Shown: one piece after another, positions 9,123 to 17,440 of the stretch
How positions within the stretch are numbered: the first letter of the stretch is position 1
Layout of the letters: the number at the start of each line of letters is the position of its first letter
Assembly (NCBI GenBank): GCA_004556165.1
Contig: SFIR01000001.1
Location: 286 to 64,285 of the forward strand
Direction: 5' to 3'
Source of the DNA: Clostridiales bacterium
Lineage (GTDB): Bacteria > Bacillota > Clostridia > Christensenellales > CAG-138
Length of the DNA stretch: 64,000 nucleotides
The notes under the pieces: model-generated
Told to the model about the DNA's origin: nothing
Database searches by the model: none
The model's input: the letters and a program-made list of their open reading frames with translations, nothing else
Made by a program: the position numbers and the translations under genes

Positions 9123-9884
9123 ATGAAGAAAAAAACCAGTAAAAAAATCGGCATAGCTTTAGCGATTATAGCAGCGGCGGCAGCATTCTTGGCTCTTATT
9201 ACGCTGCTTACTTTAGGTGAGCAGAACAGGGGCAATAATTCCGATCCGACGCTAAGCCCCACGGCTTCGGATAATCCTGCGGAAACCTCGGTTCCGATCG
9301 TTATAGAGGATGGCTCGGAAAGGTCGCTCGGCTACGGCATCGAGCTGAAGAATATTGCTTCGGTTTCCGGTATCTATTATGAGGACGGAAGCAATGCCAT
9401 GCTCACAGACTTCCTCTCGGCAACCTTTTATAATAATTCCGATACCTATATCCAGTATGCGGCTATCAGATTGAACTGCGATGGTGTTGAATACAATTTC
9501 GAGCTGTCCGTTGTTCCGCCAAAGTCGTATATTCGCGCATTTGATAAGAATAAAAAGTCTGCGCCCGTGCGCGTCGTATCTGCAAAAGGTGAAGTGATGC
9601 AATATGTCGCCTTCAGCGAGACCCCTTCGCTCCATGAAAACCTATTTGAAATCACCGCTGCGGAGAATGTTCTCTATGTAAAAAATATTTCGGGCAAGGA
9701 TATAACGGATGATTTCTATATCTGCTATAAGAACTATGATTCCGGCATACTTATCGGCGGAATATGCTACAGCCTGAAAATCGAGGGCGGAATTGCCGCC
9801 GGAGAGACATATACCGCTTATGCCCGTCATTTCAGCACCCGATACAGCATGCTGATGTTTGTAAACTATCATGAGCAGGACTAA
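9123..9884 (+). CDS. Signal-anchored membrane protein of unknown function (253 aa)
   Basis: N-terminus MKKKTSKKIGIALAIIAAAAAFLALITLLTL (basic stretch plus one TM). The rest is predicted extracytoplasmic with no motif I recognise. The 3' end overlaps the next gene by 14 nt. Confidence 0.6.
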   Translation: MKKKTSKKIGIALAIIAAAAAFLALITLLTLGEQNRGNNSDPTLSPTASDNPAETSVPIVIEDGSERSLGYGIELKNIASVSGIYYEDGSNAMLTDFLSATFYNNSDTYIQYAAIRLNCDGVEYNFELSVVPPKSYIRAFDKNKKSAPVRVVSAKGEVMQYVAFSETPSLHENLFEITAAENVLYVKNISGKDITDDFYICYKNYDSGILIGGICYSLKIEGGIAAGETYTAYARHFSTRYSMLMFVNYHEQD

Positions 9885-10626
9885 GCTGTATTCCATAGCC
9901 GATGTAACTATCGGGATATTTGCGCCCTGGGAGATCGTTGAACCGAATGATTTCCCTGAATTTGAGGTTGAATCGGCGGAACCCGATTACAGTATCTTTG
10001 TTCACAAAGGCGAAGCATGTGATTTCCCTGCGGAAAACGATTACGTTATCCGCATGCGCAGCGGAAATACTATCGACCTATACTATAAACCGAGCGTTGC
10101 CGAGCTCGTATATCCGCGTTCGGTACTCGCCGACGCCGGTGTCGACGCTCTGCTTGCCGAGCATGATGCCTTCATTCTCCACTCATCCTATATCGGCATC
10201 AATGGTAAAGCTTTGCTTTTCTCCGCTCCGAGCGGTACCGGCAAGAGCACTCAGGCGGATTTCTGGCACAATGAGCGAGGAGCCGAGATAATCAACGGCG
10301 ATAGATCAATTGTTTCGCTTCGTAACGGCAGATTCTTTGCGAACGGCTGTTTTTTCAGCGGTTCGAGCGGCTTCTGCAAGAATATTACGCTTCCGCTGCA
10401 TGCTGTCGTGCTTCTCGGACAGGCAGAAATGAATATTGCTGAACGTGCCGCCGGGCTTGATGCTTTCATACGCATTTTAAATGAAACGCAGCTAAGTTCT
10501 ATGGATACCGAAAATGTAAGTCGTGTTACCGGGCTTATAGAGAAGCTCATTGCCGAGGTAAAGATAATTGATTTCAGATGTGTAAACGATCCGAATACGG
10601 TTGAATACTTGGAGAAATACCTATGA
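9871..10626 (+). CDS. HPr kinase/phosphorylase-like P-loop protein (putative peptide kinase), 251 aa
   Basis: Walker-A-like FSAPSGTGKSTQADFW lies mid-protein after a hydrophobic strand, as in HprK-type P-loop proteins. Translationally coupled on both sides. The family call rests on motif and context only. Confidence 0.5.
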   Translation: MSRTKLYSIADVTIGIFAPWEIVEPNDFPEFEVESAEPDYSIFVHKGEACDFPAENDYVIRMRSGNTIDLYYKPSVAELVYPRSVLADAGVDALLAEHDAFILHSSYIGINGKALLFSAPSGTGKSTQADFWHNERGAEIINGDRSIVSLRNGRFFANGCFFSGSSGFCKNITLPLHAVVLLGQAEMNIAERAAGLDAFIRILNETQLSSMDTENVSRVTGLIEKLIAEVKIIDFRCVNDPNTVEYLEKYL

Positions 10627-11741
10627 AAATAGATGATAGATTATTGAACGGCGAACCGTATTGGTCCGCATACATGCATTCCAAGGGTACACAGCTCGGG
10701 CTTCCGATCGCAGGGACCTTTGAAATAACTCCTCGCTGCAATTTCAACTGCAAGATGTGCTATATTCATCAGCAAGCCGACAAGCCCGAGCTTTCCGCCG
10801 ATGAATGGCTCGACATCGGCAGGCAGGCTGCTGCGTGCGGCATGATATTTATACTCATCACGGGCGGCGAACCGCTGATTCGTCCCGATTTTCCGAAGAT
10901 CTATAAGGGGCTAAAGGAGCTGGGGCTGCTCGTTTCAGTGAATACCAACGGCTCACTGATAACGGATGAGGTCTTTGATATGTTTGTAAGCGATCCCCCG
11001 AACAGGATAAACATCTCCCTTTACGGCGGAAGCGATGATACATACATGAAGCTCTGCGGAAATGCGAAGTACTCTGTTGTTACGGGCAATATCAGGCGCC
11101 TGAAGGAAGCCGGGATTTCCATGCGTATCAATGCTTCTTTCACTCCCGAGAACGCGTCCGACATCAAAGCGGTTTATGATTTTGCAAAGGAAATGAATCT
11201 TCCCGTCCAGTCATCGACCTATATGTACCCTCCGATCCGTGTAAATGCCGGTGGCTTTGGCGTTGCTCCGAATAGGTTCGGTGCTGAGGAAGCCGCAAAA
11301 TATATGCTAACATGCCGCGAACAGATTATGACGCCCGAACAGCTTCTGAAATCCATTGAGGGTATCGGAGGCATGCACGAGGAATGTACCGGCAGCGAGG
11401 GCGAACCAATGCACTGCCGCGCAGGCCGGACTTCATTCTGGGCTGCTTGGGATGGCAGGCTGCTGCCGTGCGCTATGTTCCCGATTGAAGGATACGATAT
11501 AAGAAAGCTCGGATTTGCGGAAGCATGGAAATGCGCGAGGGAGTTCACAAAGACCGTTCGCCTGCCGAGCGAGTGCGCGGCTTGTTCACACAATAAGGAC
11601 TGCTGCGCATGCGCGTCATCCTGCATTGCGGAAACCGGAAGCTTTGATAAAAAGCCCGAGTATGTCTGCACATTCACGAAAACCTTCCATGAGCTTATAA
11701 GGCAAAAGTATTCCAAGGAGGAAACGCAAAATGAAGACTAA
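10623..11741 (+). CDS. Radical SAM enzyme with C-terminal SPASM-type auxiliary Fe-S domain (peptide maturase-like)
   Basis: TPRCNFNCKMCY is the CX3CX2C motif. GGEPL motif present. C-terminal CRAGRTSFWAAWDGRLLPC (CX12GX4C) and ECAACSHNKDCCACASSC plus EYVC form a SPASM-like Cys pattern. ATGA start/stop overlap with the upstream gene. Confidence 0.85.
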   Translation: MKIDDRLLNGEPYWSAYMHSKGTQLGLPIAGTFEITPRCNFNCKMCYIHQQADKPELSADEWLDIGRQAAACGMIFILITGGEPLIRPDFPKIYKGLKELGLLVSVNTNGSLITDEVFDMFVSDPPNRINISLYGGSDDTYMKLCGNAKYSVVTGNIRRLKEAGISMRINASFTPENASDIKAVYDFAKEMNLPVQSSTYMYPPIRVNAGGFGVAPNRFGAEEAAKYMLTCREQIMTPEQLLKSIEGIGGMHEECTGSEGEPMHCRAGRTSFWAAWDGRLLPCAMFPIEGYDIRKLGFAEAWKCAREFTKTVRLPSECAACSHNKDCCACASSCIAETGSFDKKPEYVCTFTKTFHELIRQKYSKEETQNED

Positions 11742-11997
11742 TCCTGCATTTGTCCATAGAAATATTGTCGGAGACCATGTTCTTGTACCAATCGGAAATG
11801 CAAATCTCAAGAACAACGGCGTATTTCCGCTCACTGAAACCGGAGCTGAGATATTCGATCTTTATGCTTCCGGGCTGAGCGAAAGTGAAATCATTGATAA
11901 GCTCCTAACCGAATACGATGTCGAAAGGGATGTTCTCGTTTCCGATGTCCGTGAGTTTACCGAAGCACTTATCGAGATCGGCGCATTGATTGACTAA
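11731..11997 (+). CDS. PqqD-family protein (RiPP recognition element-type peptide chaperone), 88 aa
   Basis: Typical size and pattern (VGDHVLVPIG...FPLTETGAEIFDL...SESEIIDKLLTEYDV...DVREFTEALIEIGAL). AAGGAGG RBS. Overlaps the rSAM gene by 11 nt. Confidence 0.75.
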   Translation: MKTNPAFVHRNIVGDHVLVPIGNANLKNNGVFPLTETGAEIFDLYASGLSESEIIDKLLTEYDVERDVLVSDVREFTEALIEIGALID

Positions 11998-12017
11998 AAT
12001 AACGCTGATAACACAAG

Positions 12018-12047
12018 AGCCATGGCACGCACCATGGCTTTCTTTTA
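12018..12047. terminator. Rho-independent terminator closing the peptide-modification operon (possibly bidirectional with the convergent rsmF-like gene)
   Basis: agccatgg-cacgca-ccatggct followed by ttctttta. Confidence 0.75.
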
Positions 12048-12061
12048 TAAGAATTTATGCT

Positions 12062-13390
12062 CTATCTATATGCGGCGACAGCGAGCCCCTTGGGCAAATG
12101 ATTCTTGAGCACGCCGTCAACTGCCTTTCCGAACCCGACAGGGAAACCGTCGGCCGTGACCGCAAAGTAACCGCGAAGGTTCGGCGGTATCTCGATGGTA
12201 TTTCCGGAAAGAAACCTAAGAAGCTCGGAAGAATTGCGTCCAAGATTGATGCGGTTCCTGCACTCATACCCGAATTCATGAAGTTCACCCGATGCCATAA
12301 ACAGCGCATGGTGGGGCTTCAGCCGATTCTTTACTATCTCTCCGACAGGTATACCGAAGGACAGCACGCGGAGCTTAAATAGGTTATCTGGAATTTCCGA
12401 AGGCAGAAAGCATATGCTGCCGCTTTTTGATTCATGGAATCCCATGCCGCCGGGGAAGGACGAAAAGGTTTCGGCTATAAAATCCTTTACGAGCCTTGCG
12501 GATTCCTTACCGATCGCCGTCTTGAACGCCTTGAATGCTCCGCTGCTTCCGCCCCTTTTAGTGAGCCTTGCCGCGAAATGCCCTTCGCCACAGCAGGTAT
12601 GAGGATAATACCGCTTCATATAGTCAAGCACGAACTCCGGATGAGCGGAAAGGAATGCTTCTATAACATCCTCATTCTCCTGCTTTGAAAAGGTACAGGT
12701 GGAGTAGATGAGCTTTCCGTTCGCAGAAACGAGCTTTGCTGCACTTTCGAGAATAGCCTTCTGACGCAAGGCGCAGGCGTCCACCGCCTCGGGAGACCAC
12801 TCGGCAATCGCTGCCGGATCCTTCCTGAACATGCCCTCACCCGAGCAGGGCGCATCAACTATGACACGGTCGAAATAGCAGGGAAGTACCGATGCTATTT
12901 CGTCAGGGTGGGCGCAGGTGACGGCGGAATTCATAACTCCGAGCCGCTCAAGGTTTTGACAGAGGAGCTTGGCACGAGAAGGTACTATCTCATTTGAAAG
13001 CAGAAAGCCGCTGCCATTGAGCCTTGCGGCAATTCCACCGCTCTTTCCTCCCGGAGCTGCGCATAGATCGAGCACACGCATTCCGGGCCCGATATCGGCA
13101 TGCTCTATCACGCTCATTGCGGAGGGCTCCTGCATGTAAATCAATCCTGCGATATGATATGGATCAGTTCCTATGTGCGGGACTTCCTCATCGAGGATAA
13201 GCCCCTCGTAAAGCGTATCGGCCTGTTTGACTTTCCATGGGCATAGTTTAAGAAACTCCTCCTTGCTGAGCTTCAGCGTGTTGATGCGCAGACCTCGGAT
13301 GGGAGGATTATTGTACCGGGAGATGAAAGCTTCATATTCATCTCCCAATTGTTCCTTCATTCTGCTTCTAAAGGCTTCGGGCAGATTCAT
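12062..13390 (-). CDS. RsmB/RsmF (NOL1/NOP2/Sun) family rRNA m5C methyltransferase
   Basis: Motifs MQEPSAM, LDLCAAPGGKS, DAPCSGEGMFRK, YSTCTF. Confidence 0.85.
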   Translation of the reverse strand: MNLPEAFRSRMKEQLGDEYEAFISRYNNPPIRGLRINTLKLSKEEFLKLCPWKVKQADTLYEGLILDEEVPHIGTDPYHIAGLIYMQEPSAMSVIEHADIGPGMRVLDLCAAPGGKSGGIAARLNGSGFLLSNEIVPSRAKLLCQNLERLGVMNSAVTCAHPDEIASVLPCYFDRVIVDAPCSGEGMFRKDPAAIAEWSPEAVDACALRQKAILESAAKLVSANGKLIYSTCTFSKQENEDVIEAFLSAHPEFVLDYMKRYYPHTCCGEGHFAARLTKRGGSSGAFKAFKTAIGKESARLVKDFIAETFSSFPGGMGFHESKSGSICFLPSEIPDNLFKLRVLSFGIPVGEIVKNRLKPHHALFMASGELHEFGYECRNRINLGRNSSELLRFLSGNTIEIPPNLRGYFAVTADGFPVGFGKAVDGVLKNHLPKGLAVAAYR

Positions 13391-13395
13391 AGGGT

Positions 13396-15264
13396 TTATT
13401 TGTTATCCAAAAGCCTGTGAGTATTGCTTTCGGTAAACTGTGTGGTATAGAGATTATAATAGTAACCCTTCAATGCGAGCAGCTCGCTGTGCGTACCTGC
13501 TTCGGTGATCTTTCCACCGCGGATAACGAGTATCCTGTCGGCGGAACGGATGGTCGAAAGCCTGTGCGCAACGATGAAGCTCGTGCGGTTTTCAAGTACG
13601 GTCTTGATAGCATCCTGAATCAGCATCTCGGTCTCGGTATCTATGGAGCTTGTCGCCTCATCGAGTACAAAGATACGGGGGTCTGCAAGGATGACGCGTG
13701 CAAAGGATATTAGCTGCTTCTGCCCGGTCGAGAGCCTTACACCGCCCTCACCGACCTCGGTCGCGTACCCTTTTTCGAGCTTATCAATGAAGGTATCCGC
13801 GTGGACGAGCCTTGCTGCCTCACGAACCTCATCATCGCTCGCTTCGGGGCGCGCGTAGCGGATATTGTCGGCAATGCTTCCGGAGAACAGATGCGGACTC
13901 TGAAGCACATAGCCGAGCCTTGACTGCAGCCAGAGCTGACTGCGTTCGCGGTAATCGACTCCATCGATAAGAACCTCGCCCTCGGTGGGTTCGTAGAATC
14001 TGCATACGAGGTTGACGATGGTGGATTTACCTGCACCGGTCTCGCCGACGAGCGCGATGGTCTCGCCGCACCTGACATGGAGATTGAAATCGGTCAGCAC
14101 CTTTTCCCCGTCCTTATATGAGAAGGAAACATTTCTGAATTCGACCTCGCCCGTGATGCTTTCCCAGTTCTCGCGCTTGGGCTCGAAGCAGTCGCCGTAT
14201 TTTTCGATGACCTCATCGGTATCGGTTATATCGCTCTTTGCTTCGATAAGCGATATGACGCGTTCCGCGCTCGCCTGTGCACTCTGCATCTCGGCAAGGA
14301 TGCCTGCAAGCTGCTGGATCGGGTCGAAGAGGCTATTTGTGTAGGAAATAAAGGTGGAGAGTACGCCTATGGTCATGCTTGCACCGAAAATGGTCGGAGC
14401 AATCACAGTCCTGCCTCCGGCATAGAGGGCAATTGCGGTGCCGATAGAGCCAAGCGTCATAACTATCGGGGTGAACATAGCGGAGAACATCGCAGCACGG
14501 ATGCTCGCCTTCTTCATTCTTCCGGCTTCCGCTTCAAATTCCATATTGTTGCGCTCTTCACGAACGAGCGTTTTTGTGGTTACCGCACCGGTTATCGCTT
14601 CATTGAATGCGCCCGTGATTATTGAATTCTGCTTTCTGACGACGCGGTGCTCCTTGAGTATCTTTCTCTGAAAATACACGCAGATAACGGCAATCGGGGG
14701 GAATACGACGAGAACGACGAGAGCAAGCTTCCAATTCGTGACAAGCAGCATTATAAGACAGCCGATTATGAATACGCTTGACCAGAGCAGGTCGGTGACC
14801 GCCCATGAGATCATCTCGCTGAGCCTCGGAATATCGCTGACCATGCGGCTCATAATGTTGCCGACTGCGGTCTTATCATAATAGGAGAATGAGAGCTGCT
14901 GGAGCTTTTTGAAGGCATCCTGCCTGATATCGTAGGAGATAAGCATTTCAAGCTTTCCGTTATGGGAAACGAAGAACCAAACGCCGAAGCCTTGGATGAT
15001 TATCATGAGGAAATAGAATACTGCGAACATCGGCAGCTTGGCAAGCCCTGCTTCGCTTCCGTCAGCGATGATATTATCAATAGCATAACGGGTGAGCTGA
15101 GGGTATATGAGGTCAATAAGACCGACGATTGCCATTATTGCACAGCTTGATATAAGAACGCGTTTATGCTTCCATGCATAGGCAAAGAGCTTTTTCCAAA
15201 CGTTCATATCTATGCGTTTGGTAAATTCTTCCTCTTTGAGCGCAGTGGTTTTGAGTTCTTCCAT
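13396..15264 (-). CDS. ABC exporter ATP-binding/permease subunit (heterodimer partner with consensus Walker B, deviant signature)
   Basis: Six-TM N-domain plus NBD. Walker A GETGAGKST, signature LSTGQKQL (deviant), Walker B IFVLDEATS. The start overlaps the upstream stop by 1 nt (TAATG). Confidence 0.9.
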   Translation of the reverse strand: MEELKTTALKEEEFTKRIDMNVWKKLFAYAWKHKRVLISSCAIMAIVGLIDLIYPQLTRYAIDNIIADGSEAGLAKLPMFAVFYFLMIIIQGFGVWFFVSHNGKLEMLISYDIRQDAFKKLQQLSFSYYDKTAVGNIMSRMVSDIPRLSEMISWAVTDLLWSSVFIIGCLIMLLVTNWKLALVVLVVFPPIAVICVYFQRKILKEHRVVRKQNSIITGAFNEAITGAVTTKTLVREERNNMEFEAEAGRMKKASIRAAMFSAMFTPIVMTLGSIGTAIALYAGGRTVIAPTIFGASMTIGVLSTFISYTNSLFDPIQQLAGILAEMQSAQASAERVISLIEAKSDITDTDEVIEKYGDCFEPKRENWESITGEVEFRNVSFSYKDGEKVLTDFNLHVRCGETIALVGETGAGKSTIVNLVCRFYEPTEGEVLIDGVDYRERSQLWLQSRLGYVLQSPHLFSGSIADNIRYARPEASDDEVREAARLVHADTFIDKLEKGYATEVGEGGVRLSTGQKQLISFARVILADPRIFVLDEATSSIDTETEMLIQDAIKTVLENRTSFIVAHRLSTIRSADRILVIRGGKITEAGTHSELLALKGYYYNLYTTQFTESNTHRLLDNK

Positions 15265-17129
15265 TAGTTGTTACCTCCTTCCGAGGTGGTTTCAAGCTCC
15301 GCTTCGAGCAGGTTCTGTATGTCCGCAATGCGTTTATACAGTCCGTCCTCGGCAAGGAGCTGTTCATGGGTACCCTCTTGGACGAGCATACCGTTTTCGA
15401 GTACGAGTATCTTATCCGCACGGCAGAGGGTCGTGATACGATGCGAGATAATGAAGGTCGTGCAGTCCTGCCCCCTTGCTGCAAGCGCATCACGGATGGC
15501 GGCATCGGTTTCGGTATCGACGGCGCTCATGGAGTCGTCAAGCACGATGATGGGAGCCTTCTGCATGAGCATCCTTGCGATGGCAACGCGCTGCTTCTGA
15601 CCGCCCGAGAGCGTAACGCCCCTTTCGCCGACGACGGTTTCATAGCCGTTTTCAAATTCCTTTATCGCTTCGTGAATAGCTGCAACCGCAGCCGCGCCGT
15701 AAGCTTCATCGTCGCTCGCACCGGGATTTGTGATCTTGATATTCTCCATTATTGTACGGGAATAGAGGAATGGCTCCTGAAGCACGATACCGACATTCCT
15801 GCGCAGGTGATGACGCTCGATATCGTTGACGTTAACGCCGTCAATGAGGATCTCTCCCTCACGGCAGGTATAGAGCCTCTGAAGGAGCTGGACAAGGCTG
15901 GATTTGCCGGAACCGGTCGAACCGAGTATAGCCACGGTTTCGCCCTTGTGCGCTGTGAAGGAAATGTCGCGAAGGACATCCTGCCCGTCCTCATAGCCGA
16001 AGCTGACATGCCTGAACTCGATATTACCCTTGATCTCGGGGGTAAGTGCAAGGCCGGGTTCGCTTTCCGCCGGAACGGAAAGCACTTCATCAAGCCTTCC
16101 GAGCGAAACGCTGGCTTTGCCGAGATCGGCAAGTATCCTGCCGAGCTGACGGGCGGGCCATACGAGCAGGGAAGAATAGCTCGTGAATACCATCAGTTCG
16201 CCAACGGTGATCTCCTTTTTAATGACGAGCACGATGCTTGCGCAGAGCGTGATAGCTATCTGTGTATAGCCTATGGAATCGGTAATGCCCCAGAAGAGCG
16301 CCATGAGCTGAGTAAGCTTATAGGTCTTTTTACTGAAATCACGGTTTTTTTCTGTAAAGCTGTCAAGCTCGCGCTTCTGCTGGCCGAAGGCGCGCACAAC
16401 GCGCATACCCGAAACATTCTCCTGAATATCGTCGCTCAGTACGCCCTCGGCTTCATCCGCAGCGGTGAAGTATTTCTTTGCGTAGCGGAAATAGACGAAC
16501 GAGATAATCACGAGCGGAGGCATGATGATTACGGAATAGAGCGAAAGCTTAACGTTCATTGAGAACATGAAAACCGCTGCGATGATTATCATGCATGCCG
16601 TGCGAACGATCTCAAGAAGCTGGTTTGATACAAAGCGCCCGATGGTTCCGATATCGGAGGAACACCTCTGCACGATGTCACCGCTTGATACATGCTTGAA
16701 ATAGTCATAAGGCATATCCACAAGATGCGAATACATACGCATGCGCATATTGTAGCACATCTTTTCCGCACCGCGTGAGATCTGCGTGCGGCGCATGTAT
16801 GCGGCAAAAGCGTTAACGCCGGTCATCAGCACAAGAAGGATGCCCATGATGTAGAGATGCTCGGTCAGGAAAGCCCTTCCGCCGAAGCTGTCGATAATCC
16901 TTTCGAGCCAGGGCGCAACGGTCATTCCACCGGTATAGCCTATCTCGGCGTATTCGATAAGAACATAGTCAACGGTGAAGCTTGTGATAAGCGGGATGAT
17001 GTATACGCTTATTGCAGCGATGATGATAGCAATAACACCGAGCACAAGGTGCTTTTTGGCGCCCATCATAAATTCACCGATAAGTTTTTTGTTGATTTTT
17101 CTGTTTTTTGTTTTTTCTGTCTTTTTCAC
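15264..17129 (-). CDS. ABC exporter ATP-binding/permease subunit (heterodimer partner with degenerate Walker B Asp)
   Basis: ORF 15264-17165. Preferred start is GTG at 17129, with AGGAGA (complement of 17136-17141) 6 nt upstream. Walker A GSTGSGKSS, signature LSGGQKQR, Walker B IIVLDDSMS (catalytic Glu replaced by Asp). Confidence 0.9.
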   Translation of the reverse strand: MKKTEKTKNRKINKKLIGEFMMGAKKHLVLGVIAIIIAAISVYIIPLITSFTVDYVLIEYAEIGYTGGMTVAPWLERIIDSFGGRAFLTEHLYIMGILLVLMTGVNAFAAYMRRTQISRGAEKMCYNMRMRMYSHLVDMPYDYFKHVSSGDIVQRCSSDIGTIGRFVSNQLLEIVRTACMIIIAAVFMFSMNVKLSLYSVIIMPPLVIISFVYFRYAKKYFTAADEAEGVLSDDIQENVSGMRVVRAFGQQKRELDSFTEKNRDFSKKTYKLTQLMALFWGITDSIGYTQIAITLCASIVLVIKKEITVGELMVFTSYSSLLVWPARQLGRILADLGKASVSLGRLDEVLSVPAESEPGLALTPEIKGNIEFRHVSFGYEDGQDVLRDISFTAHKGETVAILGSTGSGKSSLVQLLQRLYTCREGEILIDGVNVNDIERHHLRRNVGIVLQEPFLYSRTIMENIKITNPGASDDEAYGAAAVAAIHEAIKEFENGYETVVGERGVTLSGGQKQRVAIARMLMQKAPIIVLDDSMSAVDTETDAAIRDALAARGQDCTTFIISHRITTLCRADKILVLENGMLVQEGTHEQLLAEDGLYKRIADIQNLLEAELETTSEGGNN

Positions 17130-17175
17130 GATGTTTCTCCTATAATACGGGAGTATGCAGTTCAATAATACCGAT

Positions 17176-17210
17176 GCAAAAAATAAAGAACTGCATCCTG
17201 AGTGCAGTTC
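17176..17210 (-). terminator. Intrinsic terminator inside the leader of the ABC exporter operon (attenuator)
   Basis: Minus-strand RNA reads GAACUGCA-CUCAGGA-UGCAGUUC followed by UUUAUUUUUU. It lies between the 20-codon ORF and the ABC start. Confidence 0.7.
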
Positions 17211-17240
17211 CTGAAATAAACCAAAATCTATATCAGCATA

Positions 17241-17303
17241 TCAACGCGAGGCCACTGCACTTTCTGTTGCAATATTCATTTTAAGGTTGTTGATATCGTA
17301 CAT
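17241..17303 (-). CDS. Candidate 20-aa leader peptide MYDINNLKMNIATESAVASR
   Basis: ATG (17303) is preceded by AAAGGAGG with an 8-nt spacer. TGA stop is at 17243-17241. Too short for the ORF track. The ORF contains AGUGCAGU, complementary to the terminator 5' arm. Confidence 0.45.
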   Translation of the reverse strand: MYDINNLKMNIATESAVASR

Positions 17304-17342
17304 CGGTGGGGCCTCCTTTCTTAAAATTTTTACGACTATATC

Positions 17343-17371
17343 ATTGTAAACCCGTTTAACAAATATTGCAA
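17343..17371 (-). promoter_or_regulatory. Sigma-A-type promoter for the leader peptide/ABC exporter operon
   Basis: On the minus strand: TTGCAA (17371-17366), 17 nt, TACAAT (17348-17343). Confidence 0.5.
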
Positions 17372-17412
17372 GCCCTTTACAAATATATATTAACTTTGTT
17401 TCTTTGCCACAC

Positions 17413-17440
17413 TTGACATAAAAAGACGGTTGAATATAAT
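17413..17440 (+). promoter_or_regulatory. Sigma-A-type promoter for groES-groEL
   Basis: TTGACA (17413-17418), 16 nt, TATAAT (17435-17440). Confidence 0.55.

Noticed and set aside
11990-12382. 130-aa plus-strand ORF after the PqqD gene
   Set aside because: It runs through the terminator hairpin and is antisense to the C-terminus of the RsmF-like gene. It has no RBS.
15366-16562. 398-aa plus-strand ORF
   Set aside because: It is antisense to an unambiguous ABC transporter gene, a typical GC-rich shadow ORF. The same reasoning applies to 20983-22317, 23818-24696, 31902-33161, 33370-34173, 35668-36390, 36823-37647, 45444-46127, 46197-46844, 50830-51732 and 54479-55189.
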